Assembly (NCBI GenBank): GCA_051439605.1
Contig: JBFRWN010000081.1
Location: 11,717 to 75,716, forward strand
Reading direction: 5' to 3'
Source: Synechococcus sp.
Lineage (GTDB): Bacteria; Cyanobacteriota; Cyanobacteriia; Thermostichales; PCC-7336
DNA: 64,000 nt
This document shows positions 22,623 through 33,108 of the stretch, piece after piece (position 1 is the stretch's first letter; each line of letters opens with the position of its first letter). The position numbers and the translations under genes are program-made. The notes under the pieces are model-generated. The model had not been told where the DNA came from and searched no databases. It was given only the letters and a program-made list of their open reading frames with translations.

Positions 22623-23687
22623 ATGCCCTTTCATCCGTCTGATTCGACCCATCTCGACGCTTGGTTCGATACCATTCAACAGCTAGTGATGCATCATTCC
22701 CCGAGCGGTCTGGAAGTAGAGGTCGATCGCCTCATCCTGGACCATCTGCAGGCGCTTGGAGGAGAGGTTTGGCAAGATCCCTCCGAAAACATCGTGATGA
22801 AAATTCCCGGCCGGGATTCGTCTAAGGCCATTGCCATCACCGCCCATAAAGACGAAATTGGAGCGCTGGTTAAAGAAGTTAAACCGGATGGCCGGCTATC
22901 GGTACGTCGATTAGGGGGCTCTTACCCCTGGGTGTACGGAGAAGGGGTGGTCGATATCCTCGGCGATCGCCGCACGGTGCAGGGGGTACTCAGTTTTGGC
23001 TCCCGCCACGTCTCCCACGAGTCCCCCCAAAAGGGGCAGCAGGAAGACAAACCGGTTCTTTGGCCGGATGTATGGGTGGAAACCAAATTGAGTCCGGAAG
23101 CATTGGCAGAGGCCGGGGTGAGGCCGGGGACGCGGATGGTGATTGGAAAGCATCGAAAAGCTCCCATCAGATTGGGGGACTTTATCGGCAGCTACACCCT
23201 AGACAACAAGGCCTCCATCTCAATTATGTTGGCGGTTGCAGAGCGGCTAGAGAAGCCTGCCATCGATCTCTACTTGGTGGCATCGGCCAAAGAAGAAGTG
23301 GGGGCATTAGGAGCTCTTTATTTTAGCCAACAGCAGAAGCTGGATGCCATGATTGCTCTCGAAATCTGTCCTGTGTCTAGCGAATACCCAATCGATCATA
23401 ACGACATGCCGGTGTTGCTATCTCAAGATGCCTACGGACTGTATGACGAATCTATCAACGGCCACATTCGGGCTGTGGCAGAGCGGGAGGAGATTCCATT
23501 GCAACTGGCAATTTTGCAGGGGTTTGGGAGTGACGCCTCGATTGCAATGAAATTTGGTCACGTCCCCAAGGCCGCCTGTCTGAGTTTCCCCACCGAAAAT
23601 ACCCACGGATACGAAATTGCCCATTTAGGGGCGATCGCTTCCTGTGCTGATTTACTCGTAGCCTTTTGCGAAACCTACAGGGGGTAA
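22623..23687 (+). CDS. M42 family metallo-aminopeptidase
   Basis: SPSGLE, AHKDEIG, LDNKAS, KEEVG, GSDAS, THGYE metal-binding motifs. Confidence 0.9.
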   Translation: MPFHPSDSTHLDAWFDTIQQLVMHHSPSGLEVEVDRLILDHLQALGGEVWQDPSENIVMKIPGRDSSKAIAITAHKDEIGALVKEVKPDGRLSVRRLGGSYPWVYGEGVVDILGDRRTVQGVLSFGSRHVSHESPQKGQQEDKPVLWPDVWVETKLSPEALAEAGVRPGTRMVIGKHRKAPIRLGDFIGSYTLDNKASISIMLAVAERLEKPAIDLYLVASAKEEVGALGALYFSQQQKLDAMIALEICPVSSEYPIDHNDMPVLLSQDAYGLYDESINGHIRAVAEREEIPLQLAILQGFGSDASIAMKFGHVPKAACLSFPTENTHGYEIAHLGAIASCADLLVAFCETYRG

Positions 23688-23793
23688 AGCCATTTATCTT
23701 TCATTGAGGGATAGGATACTGCCCGACCGAGCCACTGTTTCTTTCAAGCGATTACAGTAAAAGGAGAGATTCTATCCATACACATCCAAGCAA

Positions 23794-24792
23794 ATGTCGA
23801 AACAGCCGATGTCAAATCAGCCTATCTCGAATGACCAGTCTTTTATCCAGATCAATTGGAGAAAATGGCTGCGTTCTGCGATCGCCATTGTTCTCGCGGC
23901 AGTACTGATCTTGTCCCCCGCTAGCAGCGTTTGGGCACGTACGGGAGGACGCGCAGGTGGGGGCAGCTTTAGCCGCCCCAGAATGTCAGCCCCCCGCCGC
24001 GCACCCAGTTCCAGCCGGGGAGGTTACGGTGGTGGTGGCTATTACGGTGGGTACGGTGGCGGTTTGGGATTTCCCCTGCTGTTCCCCATGTTTTTGGGGG
24101 GCGGTAGCGGCATTTTTACCCTCCTAATCTTTATGGGGGTGGGTAGTTTTGTGATTCGGGCCTTGCGCAGTGCTCGCGATGAATCTCAGGCACAAGCAAG
24201 CGCCAACCCCAAAGTAGAAGTGGCCGAACTGCAAGTAGCATTGCTGGCCAATGCCCGCAGCCTGCAAAATGAGGTCGATCGCCTAGCGCGCAACTGCGAT
24301 CCCAACAGCCCCAGCGGTCTGAGCAAGCTGCTTCAGGAAGTGACTCTGTCGCTGGTGCGCCACGATGAATATTGGGTTTATGGTAATAGCTCTAGCGAAA
24401 CGACTCGCCTCAATCGAGCAGAGCAAAAGTTTAATCGGCTGTCCTTGCAGGAGCGTAGCAAGTTCAGCCTGGAAACGCTGGTCAACACCGATAGCCTCAC
24501 CTCTTCTGCCCCCTTGCTGGAAGAAAATAAGGCCGAAGATAGAGTCGATGACCTACTATCAGAATCCGGCGAATATATTGTCGTAACTCTACTGGTGGCG
24601 TATGAAGGATCTACGAGTACACTACCTGTAGTAGATTCATCGGAGTCTTTGCGACGTTGCTTGATGCAGTTAGGTGCCGTACCTGCCGAACAGTTAATCG
24701 CAATGGAAGTTCTATGGACTCCCCAAGCGACTGGCGACACTCTCTCGGCTATTGACCTGCAAACCGAGTACCCGCAGCTCCGCTTGTTGTAG
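23794..24792 (+). CDS. DUF1517 domain protein (FLAP1-like)
   Basis: ARTGGRAGGGSF Gly-rich N-terminus, TM, LQVALLA, ERSKFSLETLVN, YIVVTLLVA, EVLWTPQ. Confidence 0.88.
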   Translation: MSKQPMSNQPISNDQSFIQINWRKWLRSAIAIVLAAVLILSPASSVWARTGGRAGGGSFSRPRMSAPRRAPSSSRGGYGGGGYYGGYGGGLGFPLLFPMFLGGGSGIFTLLIFMGVGSFVIRALRSARDESQAQASANPKVEVAELQVALLANARSLQNEVDRLARNCDPNSPSGLSKLLQEVTLSLVRHDEYWVYGNSSSETTRLNRAEQKFNRLSLQERSKFSLETLVNTDSLTSSAPLLEENKAEDRVDDLLSESGEYIVVTLLVAYEGSTSTLPVVDSSESLRRCLMQLGAVPAEQLIAMEVLWTPQATGDTLSAIDLQTEYPQLRLL

Positions 24793-24806
24793 TGGACTGT
24801 TCCCCC

Positions 24807-25568
24807 ATGACTTCTAAATCCCCTTCGCGATCTTTTGAGGAGATGGAGTCCGATGCAGACGCCCTGATGGACGAACTATTTCGGGAGGTTGAAGCATCCT
24901 TTTACTCTCCAACAGCTCTTACCAGCGGGGGAGACCCGCCGCCCCCTAACGAAGAGAAAGATGAGACTGCTGGCTGGTCTTGGGCTTGGTTGGGTGTGGG
25001 TGTGGCAGCGGCGATAGCTGCTCTGACACTGTGGTGGAGTTTTGTTCGCTTGCCGAAACAGCTGGCCCTGCAGTCAGGGGATGTCCAAACCACCGTTGAT
25101 ATTTTGGCTGATGTGGATACTGCAGAAACTGAAGGTGTCTCAGCCTCATCCGACTCGGTGTTGGCTGAGGGCGATGCTGCCGCTGATGCAGATTCGGAAG
25201 CGTTATCAGATACTGCGGTATTGGTAGAGGATCCCCCTCTTGTTGCAGAGGAGCTTCCCTCTGAGGGGATTGAAGTGGATCAGGCGGAGATTGACCGTAT
25301 TCTTGCCGCCACCGCTCCCCCGCCTGTGTATACTCCCCCGGCTCCGGTGGCCTATGCGCCCCCGCCCCCACCCCCTGCCCCCGATATGCGGCTGGTGGGC
25401 ATTATGAATGCTCCCAGCGGAGGCCCAGTTGCCTTGGTGATGGTCGGTAACAACATGCGGCAATTTGCCTCTGGCGAAGCCATTGACGGGGGGTGGCGAG
25501 TGGCTTGGATTGGCGAGCGCAGCATCAATGTTACCAATGGTGCTCAATCGAAGGTTCTGGGTTTATAG
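24807..25568 (+). CDS. Single-pass membrane protein with Pro-rich linker and PilP/GspC-HR-like C-terminal domain
   Basis: TM at about aa 60-80, acidic and poly-Pro linker, C-terminal MRLVGIM...ALV...GEAIDGGWRVAWI beta domain. Confidence 0.6.
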   Translation: MTSKSPSRSFEEMESDADALMDELFREVEASFYSPTALTSGGDPPPPNEEKDETAGWSWAWLGVGVAAAIAALTLWWSFVRLPKQLALQSGDVQTTVDILADVDTAETEGVSASSDSVLAEGDAAADADSEALSDTAVLVEDPPLVAEELPSEGIEVDQAEIDRILAATAPPPVYTPPAPVAYAPPPPPPAPDMRLVGIMNAPSGGPVALVMVGNNMRQFASGEAIDGGWRVAWIGERSINVTNGAQSKVLGL

Positions 25569-25596
25569 GTATCTTAAGGCCAGAACAGAATTTCGC

Positions 25597-25640
25597 GTTC
25601 AAGGGGAGATCTCACTCTTAGAGGAGATCTCCCCTTGAAC
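25597..25640. repeat. Perfect 17-bp inverted repeat (hairpin)
   Basis: GTTCAAGGGGAGATCTC (25597-25613) and GAGATCTCCCCTTGAAC (25624-25640), 10-nt spacer. Confidence 0.85.
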
Positions 25641-25710
25641 CATCTCTGCGATGTGTGGCCTAGCAGAAATTCTGCCAACTTCGGGCTAACCTTTTCCGTA
25701 CAGACCTCGC

Positions 25711-27474
25711 GTGAATTCTCGAATGTTTGCCGCTGTCCTCAAATCTACCACCGCCACCATCGCCGCACTGCTGATAGTTAGCGGCAGTGCAACAGCCGCC
25801 TTTATCAAACCCACCCGCAGCGAAGGGGGGATCGTGGTATCTGCTCATCCTCTTGCTACCCAAGTAGGAGCCGAAATGCTGGTTTTAGGCGGCAATGCCG
25901 TCGATGCAGCCGTGGCCACCGCACTGGCAATTTCTGTGGTGGAGCCCTTTTCAGCCGGTATCGGTGGGGGCGGATTTTTGCTGTATTACGATGCAGAATC
26001 CGGTGACATTCAAGCGCTGGATTTTCGGGAACGAGCCCCCCAGGCAGCAACGCGAGATTTATACCTAGATGCTGATGGAGAGGTGATTCCCAGCCTCAGT
26101 TTGGACGGTCATTTGGCGGTGGGGGTCCCAGGCACGATCGCCGGTCTGGCAGCCATTCATGAGGCGCGGGGACAGCTGGATTGGGCTGAAGTGGTAGCTC
26201 CAGCAATCGCCTTAGCCGAGGAAGGTTTTGCAGTGGGCCACCGCTTTGTTAATGCGGTCGATCGACGTTGGCAGGTGCTGTCTCAGAATCCTGCAGCACT
26301 GGAGACGTTTACCAAGGCGGGGGAAAGACTCCAGCTGGGCGAGACCCTGGTTCAGCTCGATTTGGCCCAAACGCTAGAGACGGTGGCGGAGGACCCGCAG
26401 CAGTTTTACGAGGGAGAGATTGCAGACGCGATCTCCGCCGATATGGCCGCCAATGGTGGACTTATCACCAGTCCGGACCTAGCTAATTATGAACCTGTCT
26501 GGCGGGAGCCGCTGTGCGGCCCCTTTCGGGAAACCACTGTCTGTTCCATGCCACCTCCGTCTTCCGGAGGCGTCCATCTGCTGCAACTCTTGAACTTAAT
26601 TGGCGATCGCGACTTAGCCACCGCCGGATGGCACCATCCCGACAGTTTGCACCTGCTGATCGAATCGATGCGGATTGCTTATGCCGATCGTGCTACCCAT
26701 CTAGGAGATCCAGAGTTCTACGATGTGCCCGTCAGCCAGCTCATCGATCCAGGCTATGCAGACCTTCGTCGCCAAGACATCGACATGAAAACAGCACAGG
26801 ACTCGGAGGATGTAAGGGCCGCTGATGCTGCCATGCTGGCAACGTTTCAGGAGTCTGAGGACACCAGCCACCTGACCGTGGTAGATGGCGAACGCAATGC
26901 CGTCAGTCTTACCTTCACCGTCAATGGGGGCTTTGGGGCTGCGGTGGTGGCAGAAGGGACAGGCATTCTACTCAACAATGAAATGGATGATTTTGCCGCC
27001 GCGCCTGGGGTGCCTAACCTGTTTGGTCTCATTGGGGGAGAGGCTAACGCGATCGCCCCTGGTAAAACGCCCCTGTCCAGCATGACCCCGACGATCGTGA
27101 CGGAAAACGGTCAGCTGAGGTTAGCTACTGGTTCTCCGGGTGGTAGCACCATCATCACTACCGTTCTGCAAATTCTGCTCAATGTATTGGAATACGACAT
27201 GGATGCAGGGGAAGCGGTGGCTGCCCCGCGACTGCACCATCAATGGTTGCCAGACAGCACCCGCGTAGAGAAATGGGGGTTCGATACCGCCACGCTAGAA
27301 GAATTACAGGATCGGGGGCACGAACTGGTGGAGCACTTGGGGTGGGGGGATGCTGGTGTGATTGTAGTGACTCCGGAAGGATGGCTGGAGGGAGCTGCAG
27401 ACCCACGCGGGGAAGGCATAGCTGTAGGAGTAATGGATGGGGTATTTGTTTTACCTCAAGCCATTGCTCCTTGA
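25711..27474 (+). CDS. ggt: Gamma-glutamyltransferase
   Basis: GGNAVDAAVA, DFRERAP, PPPSSGG, TSH autocleavage Thr, LLNNEMDDF, PLSSMTP, GSPGGS. Confidence 0.96.
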   Translation: MNSRMFAAVLKSTTATIAALLIVSGSATAAFIKPTRSEGGIVVSAHPLATQVGAEMLVLGGNAVDAAVATALAISVVEPFSAGIGGGGFLLYYDAESGDIQALDFRERAPQAATRDLYLDADGEVIPSLSLDGHLAVGVPGTIAGLAAIHEARGQLDWAEVVAPAIALAEEGFAVGHRFVNAVDRRWQVLSQNPAALETFTKAGERLQLGETLVQLDLAQTLETVAEDPQQFYEGEIADAISADMAANGGLITSPDLANYEPVWREPLCGPFRETTVCSMPPPSSGGVHLLQLLNLIGDRDLATAGWHHPDSLHLLIESMRIAYADRATHLGDPEFYDVPVSQLIDPGYADLRRQDIDMKTAQDSEDVRAADAAMLATFQESEDTSHLTVVDGERNAVSLTFTVNGGFGAAVVAEGTGILLNNEMDDFAAAPGVPNLFGLIGGEANAIAPGKTPLSSMTPTIVTENGQLRLATGSPGGSTIITTVLQILLNVLEYDMDAGEAVAAPRLHHQWLPDSTRVEKWGFDTATLEELQDRGHELVEHLGWGDAGVIVVTPEGWLEGAADPRGEGIAVGVMDGVFVLPQAIAP

Positions 27475-29459
27475 ACCATCTTCTCAAACGCCGCCTGCTC
27501 CTCGGGATTGCCCACCACCAACAGGCGATCGCCCCGCTCAAAGATCGTGCTTCCTAAGGGATAGCGCTTAATTTTGTTCTTCCGCTCGATCGCGATGATG
27601 GTTGCTCCCGTCACTCGGCGCAAGTTAGATTCCACAATGGTTTTGCCCACTAGCGGATTGCGTTCTCCCAGCTCGTACCAGCGATGATCTAATCCTTCAA
27701 CTGCTAATTCCAGCTGCTGCGATCCCCAATATTCCTCTCTCTTGGGCAAAATATCCCGATATCGTCTATTGCGATAGCGATTCACTAACTGCTGCACCAT
27801 ATAGGTGGAATCTCCGAGCTTCAGCAGGGTATGTGCCCCGATCTCTAGGGCAGCTTCAAACTCTGGCTGTACCACCTCTTGGGCACCCAACTGATACAAG
27901 GTGTCGATCTCTACATTCACGTGGGCGCGGGCAGTGACATCTAGATCGGGAGCTAAGCTGAGGGCACGCTTGAGAGTGAGGCGGGTGGCCATCGGGTCAG
28001 GGAGGGTGATGGCCATGGTGCGGGCTGCCGCCAAGTTTGCTTTTTCTAGCACCAGCATGCTAGAGACATCCCCCAACAGGTAAGGGATATTGCGATCGCG
28101 CAGAGACTGGAGTACCCCTTCGTCGTTATCGATTACCAAAATGGGGTGCTGCTGAAAATCCAACATGCGCACGAGGGTCTGACCCACGCGTCCAAACCCC
28201 GCCACAATCACGTGATCTTTGAGCTCCCCCTCCTCAAATCCCACCAATTGAGGGGGATGGCTTTGCAGCAGCAGGTTGAGATTAGGCGATCGTTCCATCC
28301 ATCGCAACAGGCGCGGAGTCAGCCGCAACCCAAATGGTGTCAGCAGTAACGTGACTGCAGTTGTCCCCACCACCAAGCCATACAGGTTCTCGGTAAAGAC
28401 CCCAGAGGACTGTGCCACCCCTGCCAGGACGAACGAGAATTCTCCAATCTGGTTGATGCCCATCCCCACCGTCAAAGCTGTCTTGAGGGGGAACCCGAAC
28501 AGGCGCACAATTCCTGTCACAACGATCGCCTTCCCCACCATCGCGATCGCCACTAAGCCCACCAAAACTCCGACGTTCTGCAGCAAAAAGAGGGGATTAA
28601 TTAAGAGGCCAATAGAGGCAAAGAATAGGGTGGCAAACACATCTCGCATCGGCAACAGCCGATCGAGGGCATGGTCTGCATACTCGACGTTCGATACCAT
28701 CACCCCAGCCACAAATGCCCCCATCTCAATTCCTAGTCCAATGGCCGAGGTGATCAGAGCAATTCCAAGACACAGCCCTAAGATGCTGAGTAAAAACAGC
28801 TCTGGCGAACCTTGCTGAGCCACCAGTCGTACCAGATTTGGAATCAACCACTTTCCCGCCAGGATGGCGCACACTAGAAATCCCGTTACCTTTAACAGCG
28901 CCATCAACAGGGCTGTCCCAATCTCTTCCGTTGGCTGCGTCAACACGGGCAAGACCGCTAACAGAAGTCCTAGCCCCAAATCCTGCACGATCAAAATAGC
29001 CAGCATGATTTGTCCGTGGGCAGTTTGCACCTCGTTGCGCTCTAGCAAACTTTTGAGCACCACGGCCGTTGATGACAGCGAGAGTACGGCCCCCAGAAAC
29101 ACCGCTTTGGGGAGAGTGGAGGCCCAACCGGTGGCAAATGCAAGCCCACCCCCCAACAAGATAGTCAGCAAAATTTGCAGGGTGCCTCCCCCTAGAGCTA
29201 TGGTGCGCATGCGCAGCAGATCCTTGAGGGAGAATTCCACCCCCAGCGCAAACAGCAGCAGCGCCACTCCAATTTCTGCTAAGACTTGGATATCGCCCTC
29301 TAAAGCCACCAGCCCAAAACCAGAGGGACCAATCACCATCCCTCCCAACAGGTAGCCCAGCAGCACCGGTTGCTTGAGGCGGCTGGCCAGGTAACCACCT
29401 GCCGTTGCAGCCCCGATGACGGTCACCATTTCCACAATGAGATTTAAATCTGATGCCAT
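27456..29459 (-). CDS. CPA2-family cation:proton antiporter with TrkA-N and TrkA-C domains
   Basis: About 12 TMs with SLSSTAVV, ILIVQDL, QIGEFSFVL; GFGRVG KTN motif; C-terminal RCK-C domain. Confidence 0.93.
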   Translation of the reverse strand: MASDLNLIVEMVTVIGAATAGGYLASRLKQPVLLGYLLGGMVIGPSGFGLVALEGDIQVLAEIGVALLLFALGVEFSLKDLLRMRTIALGGGTLQILLTILLGGGLAFATGWASTLPKAVFLGAVLSLSSTAVVLKSLLERNEVQTAHGQIMLAILIVQDLGLGLLLAVLPVLTQPTEEIGTALLMALLKVTGFLVCAILAGKWLIPNLVRLVAQQGSPELFLLSILGLCLGIALITSAIGLGIEMGAFVAGVMVSNVEYADHALDRLLPMRDVFATLFFASIGLLINPLFLLQNVGVLVGLVAIAMVGKAIVVTGIVRLFGFPLKTALTVGMGINQIGEFSFVLAGVAQSSGVFTENLYGLVVGTTAVTLLLTPFGLRLTPRLLRWMERSPNLNLLLQSHPPQLVGFEEGELKDHVIVAGFGRVGQTLVRMLDFQQHPILVIDNDEGVLQSLRDRNIPYLLGDVSSMLVLEKANLAAARTMAITLPDPMATRLTLKRALSLAPDLDVTARAHVNVEIDTLYQLGAQEVVQPEFEAALEIGAHTLLKLGDSTYMVQQLVNRYRNRRYRDILPKREEYWGSQQLELAVEGLDHRWYELGERNPLVGKTIVESNLRRVTGATIIAIERKNKIKRYPLGSTIFERGDRLLVVGNPEEQAAFEKMVQGAMA

Positions 29460-29588
29460 CCAGGGTGTTTGCGTGCAGGGCTCTTTTGACACGATAGCCT
29501 CTACCGCCGCAACAAGCGGCTAAGCGGACAACATCCACTGATTATTTTGAGAGGACGACAGCTTATAAAGAGGGGGTTCCTCAGGCTG

Positions 29589-30050
29589 TCAGAGATCGAA
29601 CAGCGCCCCCCGATTGCGCAGTTGTTTGATTTGAACGGGGGTCAATCCATTTCCTAGACCAAAACGACAGCCTTCCACCAGCGCATCGGTCCAATTGGTC
29701 AGACTGAGACTGGTCCCCCGTAAATCAGCTCCACGCAGATCTGCGGCGATTGCTTTTGCAAACAACAAGTTGGCATCCCTCAGACTTGAGTCACTCAGGT
29801 TCGCCCCAGACAAATCTGCCCGAATGAAATTGACTGTATCCAGAAGCAGCCCCGACATGTCCGCCCCATGCATTTGGGGAAACTTAACTTGTGCGGGTGT
29901 CTTTAAAAAGCGCTCTACGCAAATACTATTTGCCTCTGACAGCACCATCGGCACTAAAAATTTGCTGTAGCGCAGTATGCCAAGGCGATCGAGCTCTTGG
30001 CGTCGGACGTCGGGGGACGCAGTTAGAAATTGTTCGCCGGTCAAAATCAC
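29589..30050 (-). CDS. Pentapeptide repeat protein
   Basis: ADMSG/ADLSG/ANLSD/ADLRG repeats, LRNRGALF end. Confidence 0.85.
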   Translation of the reverse strand: MILTGEQFLTASPDVRRQELDRLGILRYSKFLVPMVLSEANSICVERFLKTPAQVKFPQMHGADMSGLLLDTVNFIRADLSGANLSDSSLRDANLLFAKAIAADLRGADLRGTSLSLTNWTDALVEGCRFGLGNGLTPVQIKQLRNRGALFDL

Positions 30051-30270
30051 GGGTCAGCTCTATTGCTTGAGAATATCAATTGACAGGGGCGTTTCAGGCA
30101 GACATCAGATTTGACAACGCAGATATGACTGGAATGCCAACATGATTCCAAATGTATTGAGTTAGTTCGCGATTATTCTCTGGGTAGCCAGTGCTGCTTG
30201 TCTTGCGATTGTCTTGAAGAAAAATTCAAAAAGGGGTGTCACGTGAAAAGCATGGTGCTATGATTACATT

Positions 30271-30373
30271 CCGGAGGTAGAAGCTGACCCCCCTCGGTTT
30301 CTGCCTCCTCCAAAAAATTAGGCTCTCCATTAACAGCCTCCAGTGACGTTCAGCGATGTCAGGTGGGGCTTTT
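30271..30373 (+). ncRNA. Candidate small RNA or structured tRNA leader
   Basis: Extended -10 TGcTATGAT (30256-30264), a 15-bp stem with C6 loop (30273-30308), and a second stem plus T-run (30335-30373). Confidence 0.4.
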
Positions 30374-30394
30374 AAAGTTTTTTAGAGTCACTAT

Positions 30395-30465
30395 GCGGGT
30401 GTGGTATATGGGTTGTGCCCTAGCCTTCCAAGCTAGAGAACCGGGTTCGAGTCCCGGCACCCGCT
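30395..30465 (+). tRNA. tRNA-Gly (anticodon TCC)
   Basis: Acceptor GCGGGTG/CACCCGC, anticodon arm CTAGC-CTTCCAA-GCTAG, T arm CCGGG-TTCGAGT-CCCGG. CCA is not encoded. Confidence 0.96.
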
Positions 30466-30799
30466 TCGAGGTAATTGGGTTCAGTTATTCTCAAAAACTA
30501 TTCATTTGAAACCATGTTCATCAGGCCTTATGCACAGCATGAGCTACTTTTCAGAACTTTTTGGGCGTGCTTTATTTCGATACGTTTGGGTGCCAGAAGC
30601 TGCGTACTGGTTTAATCAAAGTCTTTAGAAATCAAAGTCTTTAGAGATTTCCACCATACTAAATACATCGCGTAACCCGTGCGATCGCCGTGCCAGTGTA
30701 CTGACTGGGCCGCAAATCTGTCCCGGTGCGCAAAACAGTATTTAAGGCAAACTCTGATGATACGATAGTCGCAACGAAAGAGAAAGAGAAAAGAACAGA

Positions 30800-32944
30800 A
30801 TGACCGAATATCGCAAGTCGATTTCCTTCTACGGACGGGAAATCGAATTCTCCACCGGCGTGCTTGCTCCCCAGGCGGGAGGAGCTGTGATGGTTACCTC
30901 GGGAGACACTTGCGTCCTGGTAACTGCCACCCAACAGAGCGGACGACCCGGCATTGATTTCATGCCTCTGATGGTGGATTACGAAGAACGACTGTATGCC
31001 GCAGGGCGGATCCCCGGCAGCTTTATGCGTAGAGAAGGGCGACCCCCTGAACGGGCCACCCTCACCTCTCGCTTGATCGATCGCCCCATTCGTCCCTTAT
31101 TCCCCAGCTGGCTGCGGGACGATGTCCAAATTGTCGCCACAACCCTTTCGGTGGACGAGACGGTTCCCCCCGATGTCCTCTGTATAACTGCCGCATCCAT
31201 TGCCATTCGCCTGGCAGGTTCCCCCTTCTCCGGACCAGTGGCTGCCGTTCGCGTTGGCTTACTCAACGACGACTTCATCATCAACCCCACCCATGCTGAA
31301 ATTGCCGCTGGCGATCTCGACCTAGTCGTAGCCGGAACCGCTGAAGGCATCATCATGGTGGAAGCAGGGGCAAATCAGCTGCCCGAAAACGATGTCATCG
31401 AAGCAATTGACTTTGCCTACGAAGCTATTCAAGAGCTGCTCACTGCCCAAGAAGAGATTTTTAAAGATCTAGACTTGCCCAAAGTGGAAGGGACCCCTCC
31501 CACCGAAAATCCTGCGGTGGCTGAATTTGTGGCCTCCCAAGCGGACAGCAAGGTCAAAGAGATCCTCAAGCAATTTCTGGGCAAAAACGAGCGGGACGCT
31601 GCCCTAGAAGAATTGAAGGCGTCCGTTGTGGAAGCCTTGGAAGAACGCCCTGAAGATGACGAATTGCGGGTATACGTCACCGAAGAAGATCCTAAGGCGA
31701 TTGGCAAAGCCTTTAAAGCGCTGACCAAGACCTTGATGCGCAAGCAAATCGTCGAGGAAAACGTCCGTGTGGACGGCAGGGCCCTCGATCAAGTCCGTCC
31801 GATTTCCTGTAATGCAGGGTTGGTTCCCAAGGTTCACGGCAGCGGTCTGTTCAATCGCGGACTGACTCAGGTTCTGTCCATCACCACCCTTGGCACCCCT
31901 GATGATGCTCAGGAAATGGATGACCTACATCCCTCCACCGAAAAGCGCTACCTGCATCACTACAACTTCCCCGCTTACTCTGTTGGGGAAACTAAGCCCT
32001 CCCGCTCCCCCGGGCGTCGGGAAATCGGTCACGGCGCGCTAGCCGAACGGGCAATCCTGCCTGTATTACCCCCTGCTGAAGCCTTCGGCTATGTCATCAG
32101 AGTTGTGTCTGAGGTCCTGTCCTCCAACGGTTCTACCTCGATGGGTTCTGTTTGTGGGTCGACCTTGTCCTTGATGGATGCTGGCGTGCCGATCTCTGCA
32201 CCCGTGGGTGGTGTAGCCATGGGTCTGATTCAGGAAGGGGATGAAACCCGCATCCTTACCGACATCCAAGGGATTGAAGATTTCTTGGGGGATATGGACT
32301 TCAAAGTTGCCGGTACCGAAGATGGTATTAATGCCCTACAAATGGATATGAAAGTTACCGGTATTACCGTTGAGACCGTCAGCGAAGCCATTCGTCAGGC
32401 CAAGGCCGGTCGCCTGCATATCCTGGGTAAGATGACCGACGTTTTAGCGGGTCCCCGCGACGATCTGGCCCCCACCGCCCCCCGCTTGCTCACCTTCAAG
32501 ATTCGCCCCGATCAAATTGGCATGATCATCGGGCCTGGAGGCAAAACCATCAAGGGGATTGTGGAGAAAACGGGGGCCAAGATCGACATCGAGGATGATG
32601 GCACTGTTGTTGTGTCTTCTACACAAGGAGGTCAGGCGGAAGCTGCCCAAAAGATGATCGAAGGCATGACTCGTACAGTTGAAGAGGGCCAAATTTATAT
32701 GGCCAAAATCACCCGGATTATTCCTATTGGCGCTTTTGCAGAATTCCTGCCCCAGAAAGAAGGCATGATTCACATCTCTCAAATTGCTGACTATCGCGTT
32801 GGTAAGGTTGAGGATGAGCTAGCAGTCGGCGATCAGGTGGTGGTTAAGGTGCGCAGCATCGATAATCGCGGCCGCATTAATCTGACTCGTTTGGGGATCT
32901 CGGCTGAAGAAGCGAACAAGGCTCGGGTAGCTGTATCGAAATAG
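30800..32944 (+). CDS. pnp: Polyribonucleotide nucleotidyltransferase (PNPase)
   Basis: Two RNase PH domains ([34 protein letters not shown]), KH domain (IIGPGGK) and S1 domain. Confidence 0.98.
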   Translation: MTEYRKSISFYGREIEFSTGVLAPQAGGAVMVTSGDTCVLVTATQQSGRPGIDFMPLMVDYEERLYAAGRIPGSFMRREGRPPERATLTSRLIDRPIRPLFPSWLRDDVQIVATTLSVDETVPPDVLCITAASIAIRLAGSPFSGPVAAVRVGLLNDDFIINPTHAEIAAGDLDLVVAGTAEGIIMVEAGANQLPENDVIEAIDFAYEAIQELLTAQEEIFKDLDLPKVEGTPPTENPAVAEFVASQADSKVKEILKQFLGKNERDAALEELKASVVEALEERPEDDELRVYVTEEDPKAIGKAFKALTKTLMRKQIVEENVRVDGRALDQVRPISCNAGLVPKVHGSGLFNRGLTQVLSITTLGTPDDAQEMDDLHPSTEKRYLHHYNFPAYSVGETKPSRSPGRREIGHGALAERAILPVLPPAEAFGYVIRVVSEVLSSNGSTSMGSVCGSTLSLMDAGVPISAPVGGVAMGLIQEGDETRILTDIQGIEDFLGDMDFKVAGTEDGINALQMDMKVTGITVETVSEAIRQAKAGRLHILGKMTDVLAGPRDDLAPTAPRLLTFKIRPDQIGMIIGPGGKTIKGIVEKTGAKIDIEDDGTVVVSSTQGGQAEAAQKMIEGMTRTVEEGQIYMAKITRIIPIGAFAEFLPQKEGMIHISQIADYRVGKVEDELAVGDQVVVKVRSIDNRGRINLTRLGISAEEANKARVAVSK

Positions 32945-33029
32945 TCCGTCCCTTGCCTTGGGGTCTTAGCGCCTATTGCCATACACCCTATGGCCGTCAA
33001 AGACCTGGTGCAATTGAAATGAACTATCA

Positions 33030-33055
33030 GCGAGCACGTAAAGTGCTCGTTTTTT
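33030..33055 (+). terminator. Intrinsic terminator after pnp
   Basis: CGAGCAC-GTAAA-GTGCTCG followed by a T-run. Confidence 0.7.
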
Positions 33056-33108
33056 AAAGCGGCTTGACCCTCTGACTACACTGTCCATAACAAGAAGGTG
33101 GAGTGGAT

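Noticed and set aside
30395..30800. tRNA-Gly as an integration site for a genomic island
   Set aside because: No integrase and no duplicated tRNA 3' end seen; pnp follows directly.
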